Below are positions 1 to 13,575 of a stretch of DNA of 64,000 bases, in pieces (positions within the stretch are counted from its first letter, which is position 1; every line of letters begins with the position of its first letter). The stretch covers positions 60,576,001 to 60,640,000 of the forward strand of contig NC_045707.1 in assembly GCF_009834535.1 (NCBI RefSeq), given 5' to 3'. Under the pieces are notes generated by a model. That model did no database searches. It had not been told where the DNA came from and saw only the letters and a program-made list of their open reading frames with translations. Both the position numbers and the translations under genes were made by a program. The stretch comes from Camelus ferus (taxonomy: Eukaryota).

Positions 1-179
1 GAGAACAAAATACAAAGAAAATCAACTTTGTTAGAAAAGAATTGTGAATAAGAAATGTGAAAACCAGACAGATTGAAAGGAATAGGGAAAGATCATAGGG
101 ATAAAGCCTTCATATGTAACTTCAGAGACTACTGGAGTAAAGACAGCACTGGCGATCATCCATTTGTAGTCCACCTCCA

Positions 180-290
180 GCAGTTCACAAATGAGGAGTG
201 ATGGTTGGGGAATTTAAGAAACCCAGTTAAAGTCACAAAACTAGGTAGTAACAGAACTCTGTCTAGAAGCCTTCTGACTTCCCCATCTAC
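180..290 (-). mobile_element. MIR SINE fragment
   Basis: Antisense MIR core-like text (cagttcacaaatgaggag...aaagtcacaaaactaggtagtaacaga...cttctgacttccc). Confidence 0.6.
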
Positions 291-464
291 TACTCTTGCC
301 TCTACCTCACATTTCTTCTGTTGTATTTATCCTCAATGAATTCTTGTTTGGTCCATTTAATAATTATGTATCAAACATTTGTTTTGTGTAAAAGTTAGAA
401 TAGGTAACCCCAACATAGAGTTTAGTAAACTAAACACTCTTCCATCCAGATTTCCCAGGCACAT

Positions 465-540
465 CAGGCCACCTGGGTTTGAATCCCATTTCTGTCATCT
501 TCTATGACCTGAGGAAAGTTACATATGTTCTCTGGCTCTG
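465..540 (+). mobile_element. MIR SINE fragment
   Basis: cctgggtttgaatccc...tgacctgaggaaagttac, MIR B-box and core. Confidence 0.6.
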
Positions 541-1211
541 ACATGCTTGCATGGTTGCCATGCCGTGTCTTCTCTTGCTCAGGCTTCGGTAGCTCTAGCC
601 AACCTTCCATTTGCTGTGATACAGTGTGGGTCAAGTCTTTACTTTCTTTCCCCCATATCTGAGTCCAGTTTGGATTCCACTCTTAGTTTCTGTTTGAGGA
701 CAGAGCATTTCATCTTCTATTTACTTTTTCCGTATCTTGAGTACATGGTCGGGGAGACATATGCTCTGCTGAGGCAAGATACAGCCTGCATGAGAAAACC
801 TGAGTCATGTTATCTTTGCTGAGGGTTTATTCCAGCTCATATCTCATATCTCATTCCCATAGGGAAATATCTCAGATGTCAGATCATCTCCCATCTTAGT
901 GAGTAGCCCTGGAGCTTTCACTTTCATTATAAAGAGTCAGATACATATTTCACTTTCTCCACATCCCCAGCCTTTCTTGAAGCTATTTCCAGTCATGGGC
1001 AGTGAGAAAGTTTGAGGGGTTCATAAATGTTGTGAAAGCATCTTTGAAACGTACAAACCAGAAAGCTCGTGGGTGACTTGGAGAGTAAAGCTAGGGCAAA
1101 AATCCTCCAAACCCTGCATAGCATTTTTGACACCAGCTGGTCAAATATAACAAGTATTTGCCTGGGGTGTTCATGGAGAATAAAATATTAACAGTTTATA
1201 CTAAAAAAAAA

Positions 1212-1265
1212 ATATATATATATATATATGTGTGTGTATATATATATATACACATATATATATAT
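1212..1265. repeat. (TA)n/(TG)n compound microsatellite
   Basis: Directly visible dinucleotide runs. Confidence 0.95.
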
Positions 1266-3134
1266 GAACTGTAAATGAAAAATGGAAGGTGATGAATTAG
1301 GCTTGTTTCTCCGCAAATTTGGGGGTATTAGTGTGAATCTCAGATACTTGGTATCTTTATTCATATAGCTTGAGATAGGTAGGTGGGTGAAAGGGTAAAG
1401 TTAAGAAGTAAGCTCATTCATTCTTCTCTGCTCTGTTTCAGAATATTATGTTCCTTTGTGTCCCTGTCTATTTTTTAATTTCTCTTTTTAGTTTGGGGAT
1501 ATGGCCCTTTCATTTTTTGGTTGCTGAATTGGTGAATTTTCTAGATCTTTTTTTTTTTTTAAATAGGTATTAAGGGAGAGAACAATTTGTGATGAAGTTT
1601 TAGTTGATCACCTGGGCATCTCAGAAATCCCCAACACTTGAGAGTTTTCCTGTATACCCACTCAGGTTTTGATATGCTGATATAATCAGGTTCTCTGATG
1701 ACTATTCTCAAATTGCTGAACCTGAGAATCCCCTGTTCTTCCTATAACTGGCTACCTCGTTCATTGCATGATTTTTCCTAATTTCTTTCTCTGAAATTAA
1801 TCTCAAATTCAACTTTTGGGATGCTTGCTGTTAGATTAGTCCATTATGAGAAGGCACTGGGAACTACAAATTTCCAAACATACAGACACACAATCTGGCA
1901 TCAATATCAGTGGGTTCAGGACTCCCTGAGCATAGTCCATGGACCCCAGGTGAAAAAAATCCCTGATTGTGATAAATCATGGCTTTAGTTCTTGACTAGT
2001 GTCTTAATCTATAAAAAAAACTTTGAGAAGTCATCTAGCTTACACTGATGTAAGTGTGGTATGGAAGAAAGACTATTAAAAGAAACTGAACACTGGTCCT
2101 GATTTTCCAGCTAACTAACTGTATTTTCTTTTAATGCTTAACATGATTTCTCCCTCTTTAGCATCCTAAACAAATACTCTCTGCACCCCTCAGCCCATGC
2201 CTTCACAAACTCACCCATATCATCCATCCCCTAATACTCAAGATGAGAAAGCAGAAGCTAGTCTACATTCCAGTTTGTTTCTTTTTCAATTAACAGTGAA
2301 TAAGAATTCTTTTCAGAATTATTCCTAGGTAGCTAAGGATGTAAATTTATCCTAGTGTTTATATTTTGTGAATGTTCTTCAAATGCAGAAATAAGAATAG
2401 CCTGTTAACTTGGATATCTTTTAAGGTGATGTTTGCATAGATTTCAGTAAGTTACTTTTAAGTGTTACAGGATTCTTTTAGCTCTGAAAGTCCCTGCTTA
2501 CTCTGCATCCGAGTCCCTTAGTGGCATTTATTCATCATCTCATGGGACTGAGGGCATGACTTCAGCCCCTACTGCTGGAATCCTGGTGACAGGCAAATCT
2601 TTTTCTATTGGCTACCTTTGTTCCCTAAGCTGGGTTTGGCAGGTACAGTTATAAGTATCTGACAGACATGTGTTTTTTTCATCGTTAAGAAAGAAATATT
2701 TCCCGAGACAACTATGCTAAACATTCATGGGAAATATTTGAAAATGCGTTGTTCGTTTCCCTCATGCCCAGCACGTGTGCTGATATGTCCATCAAGTAAG
2801 CTGGTATCATCAGCCCCCCAAAACATATCTGCAACTAAATCTCTTTAACTGGTGCTGGCAAGGCTCAGGCTCACACTGAGAACTGGTGATACAGGGATTT
2901 GTTAGGAAGATGCTCTTCAGTTCTGTTACCGTGCAGCTGACAGAGCCTCACCAGCACTTACTATTGGAAACAAAGAACTTGTTTTTCTCCCAATAATATA
3001 GTGAACGAAATTATGACCATCCAGCAGTATTTGCATGTGCATTAACTGTCTGAAGTATTTAAAACCATCACACACACACTCACACACCCACGGACAATTT
3101 TCACTGGAGGAAAGCCCTGAGTATTGTATGCTCT

Positions 3135-3395
3135 TTGTCACTTTAATTGCTCAGCCTTCGTTTTGTCATCTATAAAATGAAGAGGCTTAGAATAGGTGAG
3201 CTCGGAAAGTCGCTTTCATCTTTATGATTCTAATTATAATAACACCATCTTGGACAGATGATAATCCCTTTTAAACGCTCATAATGAAAAGTCCACCACG
3301 TCTGTAATTAACCTCTGTTCTGTTCTGTCTGTGATAGTTCTTACTGTCAGGAATTTCTTCCTGATTTCTATCCTAAATCCCTCAGGCTGTACACT
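3135..3395. mobile_element. MIR3-like 3' end followed by an L3/CR1 fragment
   Basis: tcatctataaaatgaagaggcttagaatag...tatgattcta (MIR3-like), then ttcttactgtcaggaatttcttcctgatttctatcctaaatcc (antisense CR1-like). Confidence 0.55.
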
Positions 3396-4204
3396 TTCTT
3401 TTATTTTATTTTCTTCTCAATTTTCTTAATATTCTCTTTTATCTTCCTCACCTAAATCATTCCTAGAGAGGTAAAGTCTTACTAGTGAAACCTAAGGAAG
3501 GACTTCCAACTTCTAAATCATTAATGCACGTGGTGAATGAGATGAGACACAGTCCTAACACCCAAAGGCAGTTTATTAGATATTCTGTCTCTTAGATAAG
3601 AGGAGCTAAACTGTTGTAGTTGTGATATCTGGTATTCCCTGCTCTTGTCTTCTAGATTATACCCTCTAAGCTTCACTCAGAGGGAAGGTGCCATAGCTAA
3701 AGATACCACATTAAGAGAGAAAAATAGAAGTGAAAGCTTTTATCTAAATCTGGGACCTTACTCCACTTTAGGCATCAGCATTGAATTGCTGTCTGCCATC
3801 CCCAGACTCTTGAAGAGTCCTATTCAAAATACCTCCCTAACTAGAAATTAACAATTTTCTCTCTTTTTTAAAGCAGTGTTTCAATTTTAAAAGTAACAAT
3901 TGTACATCCCTTTAAAAATTTAAATAGTTAGGTAATACCTACAATTAAAATTGTCTCTTTCCCCTCACCATTCATCCCAATAACACTTCCCAGAGTTAAT
4001 CATGGTTAATCGTTGTAGTCCCAGAATTTTACGGTATATACATACATATCCTTAAAAGATGATGTTTGAGCTGTACAAACTGTTCCACACCTTGTTTGTG
4101 TTTTTTTCACTTAAGAATTTGTCTTGAAATTCTGCCCATTGCAGCATTTATAATTTTTATTTTATTCAATTTAATGTCTTGTGCATTATTCTCTTGGGCC
4201 CTTA

Positions 4205-5100
4205 TATATCAGAATAATTTTGGCTTTAAGTAATGGAAAACTTGACTAAAAATGGTTTATATGGTAAAGACTTATTATTTCTTACAACAAGAAGTCTAAA
4301 GTCAGGTTAATTCAACTTCAATAATTTCATGAAGATTCTAGTATTTCCCAGGTTAATTTAACAGCTCAGTAATATTATGAAGATTCGATTAAATTCTTTT
4401 CTTCTACTCTGTTATTCTCGGTAAAGAGGCAAGAAACCTCATGATCTCAACATGGCTGCTGCAGCTCACATAGCAGTACAAATGGACAATAAAAGCATTG
4501 TACCTTCTCATGAGCTTCTTTTCTAAATCATGGAAAGCTTGCAGAATACCACCCTTCAGGTTGCATTGGTCAGGATTACCTGTCTGTCTATGCTAAAGCC
4601 AATCTTTGGCAAAGGAAATGAGACCACTCTGATTAGCTTACACAAGGGATTGGCAAATTACGGCTTATGGCAAATCTGGCCCATTGCTTGTTTTTATAGG
4701 ACCTGTGAGCTATGGGCTTTACATTCTTGAATGGCTGCCAAAAAAAAAAAAAAAAATCAAAGGAAAAATAATACTTTGTGATGTAGAAAAAGTATGTGAA
4801 ATTCAAAGTTCATTGTCTATAAATAAAGTTTAGGTCTTCTTAAAGACTGCCCTTCACACTACAACAGCAGAATTGAGTAGTTGAAACACATCATATGGCT
4901 CACAAAGCCTGAAATATTTACTGTCTGGTCCTTTAGAGGAAACATTTGCCAGCTCCTGGCTTAGACTTCGCCTGGGTCCAGGAAGCCCCTCCCCAAAACA
5001 CAATACTGTGCGGTCAGAAAGCACAAACAAAATGAGGGCTCTTCTCAACAAGGAAAGAGAGGGAGAGAAGAAATGGATTTGGGGAGGGAGACAACAATGT
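4205..5100 (-). mobile_element. Old MLT1-type (ERVL-MaLR) LTR, split by MER58
   Basis: Antisense MLT1 hallmarks (acaacaagaagtct, catggctgctgcagctc, cattggtcaggatt, aagccaatctttggcaaaggaaatgagaccactctgatt) that resume after 4966. Confidence 0.6.
4644..4958 (+). mobile_element. MER58-type hAT-Charlie non-autonomous DNA transposon
   Basis: Degenerate TIRs aagggattggcaaa / tttgccagctcctg; 8-bp TSD gcttacac (4636-4643) / gcttagac (4959-4966); typical internal acaacagcagaattgagtagttg. Confidence 0.85.
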
Positions 5101-5578
5101 CTGTTTTTTATCACCTCCCATTTTCTCAGAAATTTCAATCAGCTCTCTCAGAACAGATCCATGTTTAAATGTTCATAGGTAACAAGTCACAAATTATTGT
5201 TGAAAGGTGAGCTGGTTCTCACATTGCTTCAGGCTAGGCAGAAGGTTTGGTGTAAGGATTAATGTAACTGCTTTACCATGGTTTACAAAAAGGAGTCCCA
5301 ACTAGCATGGCACACAAAATCTTCTGACCCTAACTCCTGCTTGCCTCACCAGCTTCCCTGCCACCTCCAGCAGGACCTACTGCTCCTCCCATCGTGAAAC
5401 ACGTAAAAGTTCCTGAATTTACCAAGCCTTTTTGTTTTTGTCCATCCTGTTACCTTTTCCTGGAGCACTCTTCCCTCTTTGTCTACATGGAAAATTTCTA
5501 AGGTGAGCCATTAAGACATAACTTGTTATTTCTTCTGAGAAACCCTATAGCACCACATTTGAGGCTGTCTTACTTTGT

Positions 5579-6012
5579 TGTCTTTGCTTGAGTTCCCTAA
5601 GAAGAATAACCAGAGGCGAGGGCATCCTCCAGTCATTTATCTGGGGACATGATCCCAGGGAACAAGAGTCCGGCGGATAGGACTAGGAGCAGAACAGGAT
5701 AAGGAGAAAACCAGTACAGTACTTTATTGAGCTGGTTACCTTTGCCTTTACACTGGGGGCTCTGTTCTGCTAGAGAGCTTCTGAGAGCCCTGAATTCAGA
5801 ATTGTTTGCTGAGACACAGAAGAAGGGAGCACCTTGTCCCCATTGATACACGGTTGCCCCAAGGGGTGTTCATTCTCTCGTACTTCCGTGTTTGCAGAGC
5901 AGAGAAGCCCCAGGGTAGAAAGTAAGAGATACTTTGTGCAGATACCATTAGGTGCCACCTTGTCTCAGCTGGTAACTCTGGATATGAAATGGGCATAAGA
6001 GATGTCTGACAC
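5579..6012 (-). mobile_element. 3' LTR (LTR16/LTR33-like, ERVL) of a provirus relic
   Basis: Begins tgtctttgcttgagttccc and is colinear with the LTR at 8741-9285. Confidence 0.7.
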
Positions 6013-8740
6013 ACTCCAGGATGTGTATTACTCAGATCTGCTAGTAGCCTGCATTACGTGTAGTCTGTCACAGAGCTTTCAAGGTGGTAGCTTAACAGCA
6101 ATGCCTACAAAGAGGAACAAGCAACGCTTCTGAAACTGTAATTGGTGCCAAGGCCATAACTGATATTCATCCTTTCACTGCTTGTTGTAGGCTGTTTGCC
6201 TGGCGAGTTACCCAGTTCTTCATCTTGGGGTGGCTGGAGCCCTTGGTTGCTTTAGCCTGACTGGGTCAGGGTTGTTGGCATTTGTCCACTTATGGTAATC
6301 AGTGGGTATGGAGCACAAAGGACTGGGTGTGGAAACACCTAGCTACTCGCTGTTTAGCGGATCCAACTGGCATGACATCACCCGTGCAGCACAATGTTCT
6401 GTAGAACGTCAAACTGATCAACGTCCTTGTGGCACCTAGTATGTGGTTGTTGCTCCTTTTCACTGACAGGGATTGAGAAGAAAGTATTCATTGCAGCAAC
6501 ACCCACATACTAGGTGCCAAAGGCCGTGTGGTTATATTCTAGTAAAGATAACAGCCCTGGCATAGCAACTGTGATTTGGGCTATTCTTAGGTTAAGTTGA
6601 CATAGTTCACCATCAGCTGCTGTGTTGGAGCTGGGATTTTGCCATGGCCAAACCGGCTAAGTAGGTGAGCAATATGCTGGGTAGCAAAATTTGTGCATCC
6701 TCTAAGCCTTTGATAATGGCACTAAGTCTATTTCCTCTGAGGATATTACATTCCTTCTGATTCATTACTGTAATCAGTGAAGGTATGCAGTTTTGGGGGC
6801 TTCTACTGGTCCTTCCTATCGTAGTAACTCTTACTGCACAGGTCAAGAAAACACAGTGAGGGTTCTGCCAGTTGTAACTGTACCCATTCCAACTGTTCAC
6901 TGGGAACGAAGCATATAAGCAAAGGCAGGTCTGTGACTCCCCTGGACCACTGAGAGATGACTTGGGCCAGCAGGTTTCCAGGAACTCTCAGTTTACCTGG
7001 GGACTATGATAGCGCTGCTGGTTTCCTGGTATAAGTGTTGGCTCAGACCCTATATCCAACAAGCCTTAAAATGCCTTTGTTTCCCTGTGCTCAACGTAAG
7101 GCTTCTCCGCAAATGGGCAAAGGTACTTTCGGAGAACAATGGGGAGAATATGTATACACTCCGGCTAGTGTTGCTGAGTCTTTACTCAGCCTTCCCTGCA
7201 AACAATGGGCGTTGGGTCTGAGAACCTACTTAGATCTGTAAACTGGATGAGGGGTTGCAATTTTCCGTGGAGACAACTGTCATCAGCGTTCTGTTAACCA
7301 GCTGTTGATTTTTTTTCTGGTTATACATACAGATCAAGCAACGCCCTGGTGAATGCTCATTTAACTTGCCCTGAGACACTCCATGGCCTATTAGTTATTA
7401 TCGCAGAGCCCTGTGGGTGAAGATATCCCACTTGCCACTCTGGCCTTGAAGCACATTATCACAATTGTGTATACTTTCCTTCTGCCAGTCAAGTGCTACC
7501 ACCTGACCTCTGCTATTTTGGATTCTTATCAATCTAGTTAATAGTAAGGAGCCCAGTTCCAGAGCAGCATCTCTTACTGTCAGCTACAGTGGACAACTAC
7601 CACTGAGCTTCTCAAAGATGCCAGTGGTACCCTCACCACTGTATTTCCTACTGCCTTGGAGATGGGTATGTCTACTGGGCCCTTACAAGGAACATAGTAA
7701 GATGGTGGGTTCTCAGGTATAATGTTTAAATTTGTTCTAACATTCTAACCAACTTGAGCCTTTTGACACCTTCTTCAAGGCAGTCAAGGCACTTCTAGAA
7801 TCTCTCCTTTATTTGCTATAGGCCTTCATCCTATCCAGGCGTCAAGGAGCCATCCCAGAAATATATTAGAACTAGTTCCAGGTGTCCTTGCTACGTCATG
7901 AAAATCCAGCCGTTTTTCATGTCAGCAAATTCTCTCCTGTCCACTTCTGTATTCTGCTTTCCCTGGTCCAGCGCTTTCAGGATTCACTCCTCAGTTCCTC
8001 CAGATAAATAAATATCAACCAGGCCTTATAGATCATTATTTATGTGCCTGTTGCTTCATACAAGGCTTTTGCAGGGTCTACAGAAAAGGGAGGCTATTCT
8101 CAAGCAAAGCAGGAGGAGCTGCTTGTGCCAACACAGATTTCATAAGAATCTGGGGGTTGACGTTTCTCAGGCTTGTCCACTAAATGCTACAGTTGCAAGT
8201 CTCAGGATTCCATTCTTTCCCTTCCAGGGCCCTGACTTTGAAATAGAAGGCTTGTCAAGACAGTATATTCAGTCTCCTTTGTAGCTATGTGAGCTTACAA
8301 CTCAGTCCTGGGTCTGATTATCAGCACAGTTTGCTCTGTGGACACAAAGGGTAAGCATCTCTTTAAATGCTGCCTTGGAGGCTTCCTGATTTTCACAGCC
8401 TGCCTAGAACTGAAAGCTACTAACTTGAGCCTGTCCCTTTTTTCTTTTTTAAAAAATTTTCAGGAGCCCTTAACAAAAATGAGCCAATCTATAGGCCTTA
8501 TAACTACCACTGGCTTCAAACTGTTCAGGGACCATCCCTAATCCATATGCAAATACTTGATTTTCTACCTATAATTCATCCCAGTCATTTACCAGTAAAA
8601 ATCTTAGTAATGCTGAGTCAGGCCAGGGGTTATCACCACCCACACTTTCCACCAAAAGTGGAAGTGTCTGACTGGCAAAAAATTCAGTTTCAGAATCGTT
8701 TTCTGGACTTCTTCTTTCTAAGTCTGCTCTTGAGATCAAA
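6013..8740 (-). mobile_element. ERVL internal region (ERV3-16A3-like): decayed gag, protease and RT
   Basis: Minus-strand translations: ILKALDQGKQNTEVDRREFADM (about 7920-7990, ERVL gag); WQNPH...VMNQKECNILRGNRLSAIIKGLEDAQ (6613-6900, pro-pol); NTFFSIPV (about 6465-6490, RT); GDVMPVG (about 6365-6385, decayed YIDDIMLIG). Many stops and frameshifts. Confidence 0.85.
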
Positions 8741-9285
8741 TGTCTTATCTTGGGTTCCCTCAAAAACTAGAGTCTGATACAAGGGTTTGGATGCAATTAG
8801 TTTGTTGTGAAAGTAATTCCAGAGGACAGGAGTGTGAGGATGGAGAAGAATGGTAAATAGAAGGAAAGAAAGCCAAGCCAAGCATGCGTTTTTTGAGCTG
8901 GTCACCACTATGGGCACCTGGAGCTTTGTCCTGTTGAGAGTTTTTAGAGAGCTGTGTAAATTGTGCTTCAGAATTGTCAGAATTACCCAACATGAAAGAG
9001 TTGATGATTGAGTCACTGGCTCTATCCCTCAGTGATAAAAGGTTGCTCCAGTGAGTGGCAACTCCTTCACTCTTCCCAGTCAGTGCCTGTGCCAAAATAG
9101 CTGAATGGGTGTCTGCAGGCATCCTGGGTGGTGGCAGCGGCAGAGTATTCCTACTGCGAAAGCAGGAGATTCTCCGTGCACTTGAGGGAAGACCATGACA
9201 GAACATAGCTGGCTGCAGCAGCAAAGGCTGGAGCAAAAAGGTAAGCCATGAAAATATGAAGGATGAATAAAAGATGTTTTATACA
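8741..9285 (-). mobile_element. 5' LTR (LTR16/LTR33-like, ERVL) of the provirus relic
   Basis: tgtcttatcttgggttccctcaaaa...caagggtttggatgcaattagtttgtt...gagctggtcaccactatgggca; directly abuts the internal region. Confidence 0.75.
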
Positions 9286-9389
9286 CATGTACATCTGTCT
9301 TATTGTAATAATCAGACTACCTCACAGTTATTTCTCTGTGTGCCTGTCATCAGTCCTAGGTGCTAAGTACTTTAAAAATCGGGATGTGG

Positions 9390-9965
9390 GATAAATTGGC
9401 ATTATGTGTCTTCTGAAATGATGCACTGAGAAAAAGACAACATCACTTCTGTGATAATTCCACCAAAAGTCATATCCTGAATCTAATCATCAAGAAACGT
9501 GACAAACCCAAACTGAGGGACATTCTGCAAAATTTAAGGTCAGTATGCCTAAAAAAAGTCAGTGTCATGAAAGACAATGGAAGAGTGAGGAATTATTCCA
9601 AATTAAATAAAAATTGTATGCATCATATGAGCCAGAATTCTGTTTTGCTATAGTAGACATAATTGGAATAATTAGCAAAATTTGAATATGAACTGTATAG
9701 TAGACAGTACTTTTGCATCAATGCTAATTTCCTTATTTTAATCATTGTTCTGTGGTTATGTAAAAGAGTGTCCTTGTTTTTAGGAAATATATGCTGAAAT
9801 ATTTAAGGATAATGGAGCATCATGGCTGAAAGACTCAAAGAGAAAATGATAATCAAATGTTCATGTTTGAGGAATCTGGTGAAGGGTATATGGAAATTCT
9901 TTATTCAGTTACTGCAAAAAAGTTCTGAAATTATGTCAAAATAAAAAATTTTAATTTTAAACGAA
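9390..9965 (+). mobile_element. L1MC4/5-like LINE-1 3' end
   Basis: aacatcacttctgtg...cctgaatctaatcat...acaaacccaaactgagggacattctgcaaaa, ending in an A-rich tail. Confidence 0.75.
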
Positions 9966-10274
9966 ATAAATGTATGTATACTTATTTATTCATGTATATA
10001 TGTGTGTATGTGTATATGTGCATGTGTAATTGATTAATTATCCAGCACCTAGAACAATGCCTATTGTCATACAGTAGATTTTCAGTAAATGTTGTAGAAA
10101 TCAGAAGAGGAATGCTCTGAAACAAATCAAGGGCAGGTTTCTTTTCCCTTGATGATAGCACTTCCTTTTCCCTGGATGATAATTCAGGACACTGTGCTTA
10201 GGATTTGCGCCCTCACCCTAAACTACCATATAACTTCCAAATGAAAACTACACTTTTATAATGTACCTTGGTCT

Positions 10275-13030
10275 AACATTTAGGAAGAAGTTATACTGAT
10301 TCTCTATAATCTCTTTTAGAAGACAGAAGCAGAAAGAACACTTCCTAACTCATTCTAATGCTAACTCACTAGCATTACTCATATCAAAACCAGAGATGTT
10401 ACAAGAAAAGAAAGCTACAGACCAATATCTCTCATGAACACAGATGCAAAAATCCTTACCAAAATATTAGTAAGTTGAATCCAACAATGTAGAAAAAGAA
10501 TTACACACCACAACCAAGTGGGATTTATCCTAGTCAGTCTGGCTTAACAAAAATCAATTAACATAATCCATCATGTTAACAGGCTACAAAAGAAAAATCA
10601 CACAATAATATCAAGCGATGCAGAAAAGGCATTTGACAAAATCTAACACCTATTCATCATAAAAACTCTCAGTAAATTAGGAGTAAAGGGGAACTGCCTC
10701 AATTTGATTTAAAAAAAACTACAAAAAAATGTATAGCTAACATCATACTCGATGGTGAGATACTAGAAGCTTTCCTACTAAGATCAGGAATTAGGCAAGG
10801 ATATTACCTCTCATTGCCCCATTTCAACATTACACTGAAAGTACTTGCTAATGCCACAGGACAGGAAAAGGAAATAAAAGGCATGCAGATTGGGAAGGAA
10901 AAAATTAAACTGTCTTTGTTTATAGATGGCATGTACATCTATGTAGAAAATGCAAGAGATTTGACAAAAAAAAAAAAAAACAACCCATCTCCTGGAACTA
11001 ATAATTGATTGTAGCATGATTGCAAGATACAAGATTAATATATATATGTCAATTGCTTTCCTGTATACTATCAATGAACAAATGGAATTTGAGATTAAAA
11101 ACACAATGCAATTTACATTAGCACCCCTCAAAAAATGAAATAACTAGCTATAGTCTAACAAAATATGTACAAGAGTTGTATGGGGAAAACTGCAAAACTC
11201 TGAAGAACAAAATTAAAGAAGAATGAAATAAATAGAAAGATATTCCATGTTCATAGATAGGAAGACTCAGTATTGTCAAGATGTCAGTTCTTCCCAACTT
11301 GATAGACAAATACAACACAATTCCAATCAAAATCCCAGCAAATCACAGTTATTTTGTGAATATTGACAAAAATGAGTCTAAAATATATATGGAGAGACAA
11401 AAGATACATTAGATAACACAATATTGAAAGAAAACAACAAAGGTCAAGGATGACAATACCCAATTTAAGACTTACTATAAAGCTGTAGTAATCAAGACAG
11501 TGTGTTATTGGTGAAAGACTAGACAAATAGATCAATGGAACAAAATAGCTCCAAAATGGACCCAGATATATAGTTAACTTATCTTTGACAAAGGATGAAA
11601 AGCATTACAATAGAGCAAAGATAGGCTTTTCAACAAATCGCGCTAGAACAACTGGACATTCACATGTCAAAAAGTAAATCTAGACACATCCTTCACAAAA
11701 ATTAACTCAAAATGGATGACAGATCTAAATGTAAAATGCAAAACTATAAAAACCTCTAGATGATAAAACAGGAGAAAACTTAGATGACCTTGCTTATGGT
11801 GATGGTGATGACTTTTTAGATACAATACTGAAGAATGATCCATGAAAGAAATAATGGATAAACTAGACTTACTAAAATTAAAAACTGCTGCTCTGCGAAA
11901 AACTATGTCATGAGCATGAGAATACAAGCCACAGGCTGGAAGAAAATATTTGCAAGACACATCTGTTAAAGAATTGTTATCCAAAATATACAAAGAATTC
12001 TTAAAATTCAACAATAAGAAAACAAACAACCTGATTTAAAAAATAGTGCACAGATCTAAACACATTACCAAAGAAGATATGCAGATGGCAAATAATCTTA
12101 TGAAAAGCTGTTCCACAACATATGTCATCAGGGAAATACAAATTAAAACAATGAGATTCTACTACATACCCATTAGAATGGTCAAAATCTGGAACACTGA
12201 CAACACCAAATGCTGCCAATAGTGTGGAGGACCAGGAACTCTGATGTGTTACTGGTAGGAATACAAAATGGTACAGCCACATTGGAAAGCAGTTTGGCAG
12301 TTTCTTCCGAAATGAATCACACTCTTACTGTATGATCCAGCAACCATACTGCTTGGTAGTTACCCAAAGGAGTTGAAAATGTATGTCCACATGCACAAAC
12401 CTGCACATGGATGTTTATAAAAGCTTTACTCATAACTGCCAAACTTGGAAGCAACCAAGATGTCCCTCGGTAGGAGAATCGATAAATTGTGGTACATATA
12501 GATGATGGAATATTATTCAGTGCTAAAAAGAAATGGGCTATTAGGCCATTAAAAGACATGGAAGAAACTTAAATGCTTATTACTAAGTGAAAGAAGCCAA
12601 TTTGAAAAGTACATACTGTACGATTCTAACTATGTGATTCTGGAAAAGGCAAAACTATGGAGACAGTAAAAAGATCAGGGGTTGTCTGGGGTTAGGGGGT
12701 GGGCACTGGTGAGGAATGACGAGGCAAAGCACAGAGAATTTTTAGGGCATTGAAAATACTCTGTATGATACTGTAATGGTGGATACATGTCATTGTGCAT
12801 TTGTCCAAACCCATAGAATGTACACCACTAAGAATGAACTGTAACGTAAACTATGGACTTTGGCTGATAATGATGTATGAATGTAGATTCATCAATTGGT
12901 TGTGGGGCATGTTGGTAATGGGGGAGGCTATGCATGTGTGAGGTTATGGGATATATGGAAAATCTCTGCACCTTCCCCTCAATTTTCTGTGAACCTAAAA
13001 TTGCTCTAAAAAAGTAGTCTTTAAATATGG
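10275..13030 (+). mobile_element. 5'-truncated L1MC1-like LINE-1 (ORF2 RT to 3' UTR), non-functional
   Basis: ORF 10814-11008 [43 protein letters not shown] matches L1 ORF2 RT with FADD mutated; also agaccaatatctctcatgaac, gcatttgacaaaat, and 3' UTR ending aatctctgcaccttcccctcaattttctgtgaacctaaaattgctctaaaa. Confidence 0.95.
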
Positions 13031-13359
13031 AAAAAATGTACATTGAATCAATAGATAATTAGGCAACCATTAATAAAAATGTAAAGATTACATTCTTGGG
13101 CAAGTGCAAATGAAATAAATGACATATATTCTGGCATTTACTATAACGGCTATATGCAGAAACAGAACAAAAATAGTCCAAGAAAAAAAGGAATCAGTTG
13201 TTTAAGTAAAGGGGATAGAGATGGATTCTCTGGAAATGACCCTAATAATACATTTTTATAAAATTTTATCGAAAAAAAATAGGGATATTGTCTTATTTAT
13301 GTTTATATCCTCAGTACTTAGGAAGTCACCTGGCATCTGTTAGATTCTCTGTAGTAAAG

Positions 13360-13575
13360 CCTTAATGCTGCTGGCGCCATCTCTTCTGCCTTGTAGGGAG
13401 AGCTCACCTGAGAAGGAGCCCACGCAGAGAGAAGGCACAGCCCTTCAGAGTCAGCCTGAATTCACTGGTGCTTGAAAACTGTTAATCCCTCAACTTTCTT
13501 TTATGTAAACTTGTGAATTCTAATTTAGCCTGAACTAGTTTGAGTCAGGCTCCTGCACTTGCAACCAAAAATCGC
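13360..13575 (+). mobile_element. Old MLT1-type LTR 3' part
   Basis: gctggcgccatct...gagagctcacctgagaaggagcc...ctagtttgagtcaggctcctgcacttgcaaccaaaa. Confidence 0.55.
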
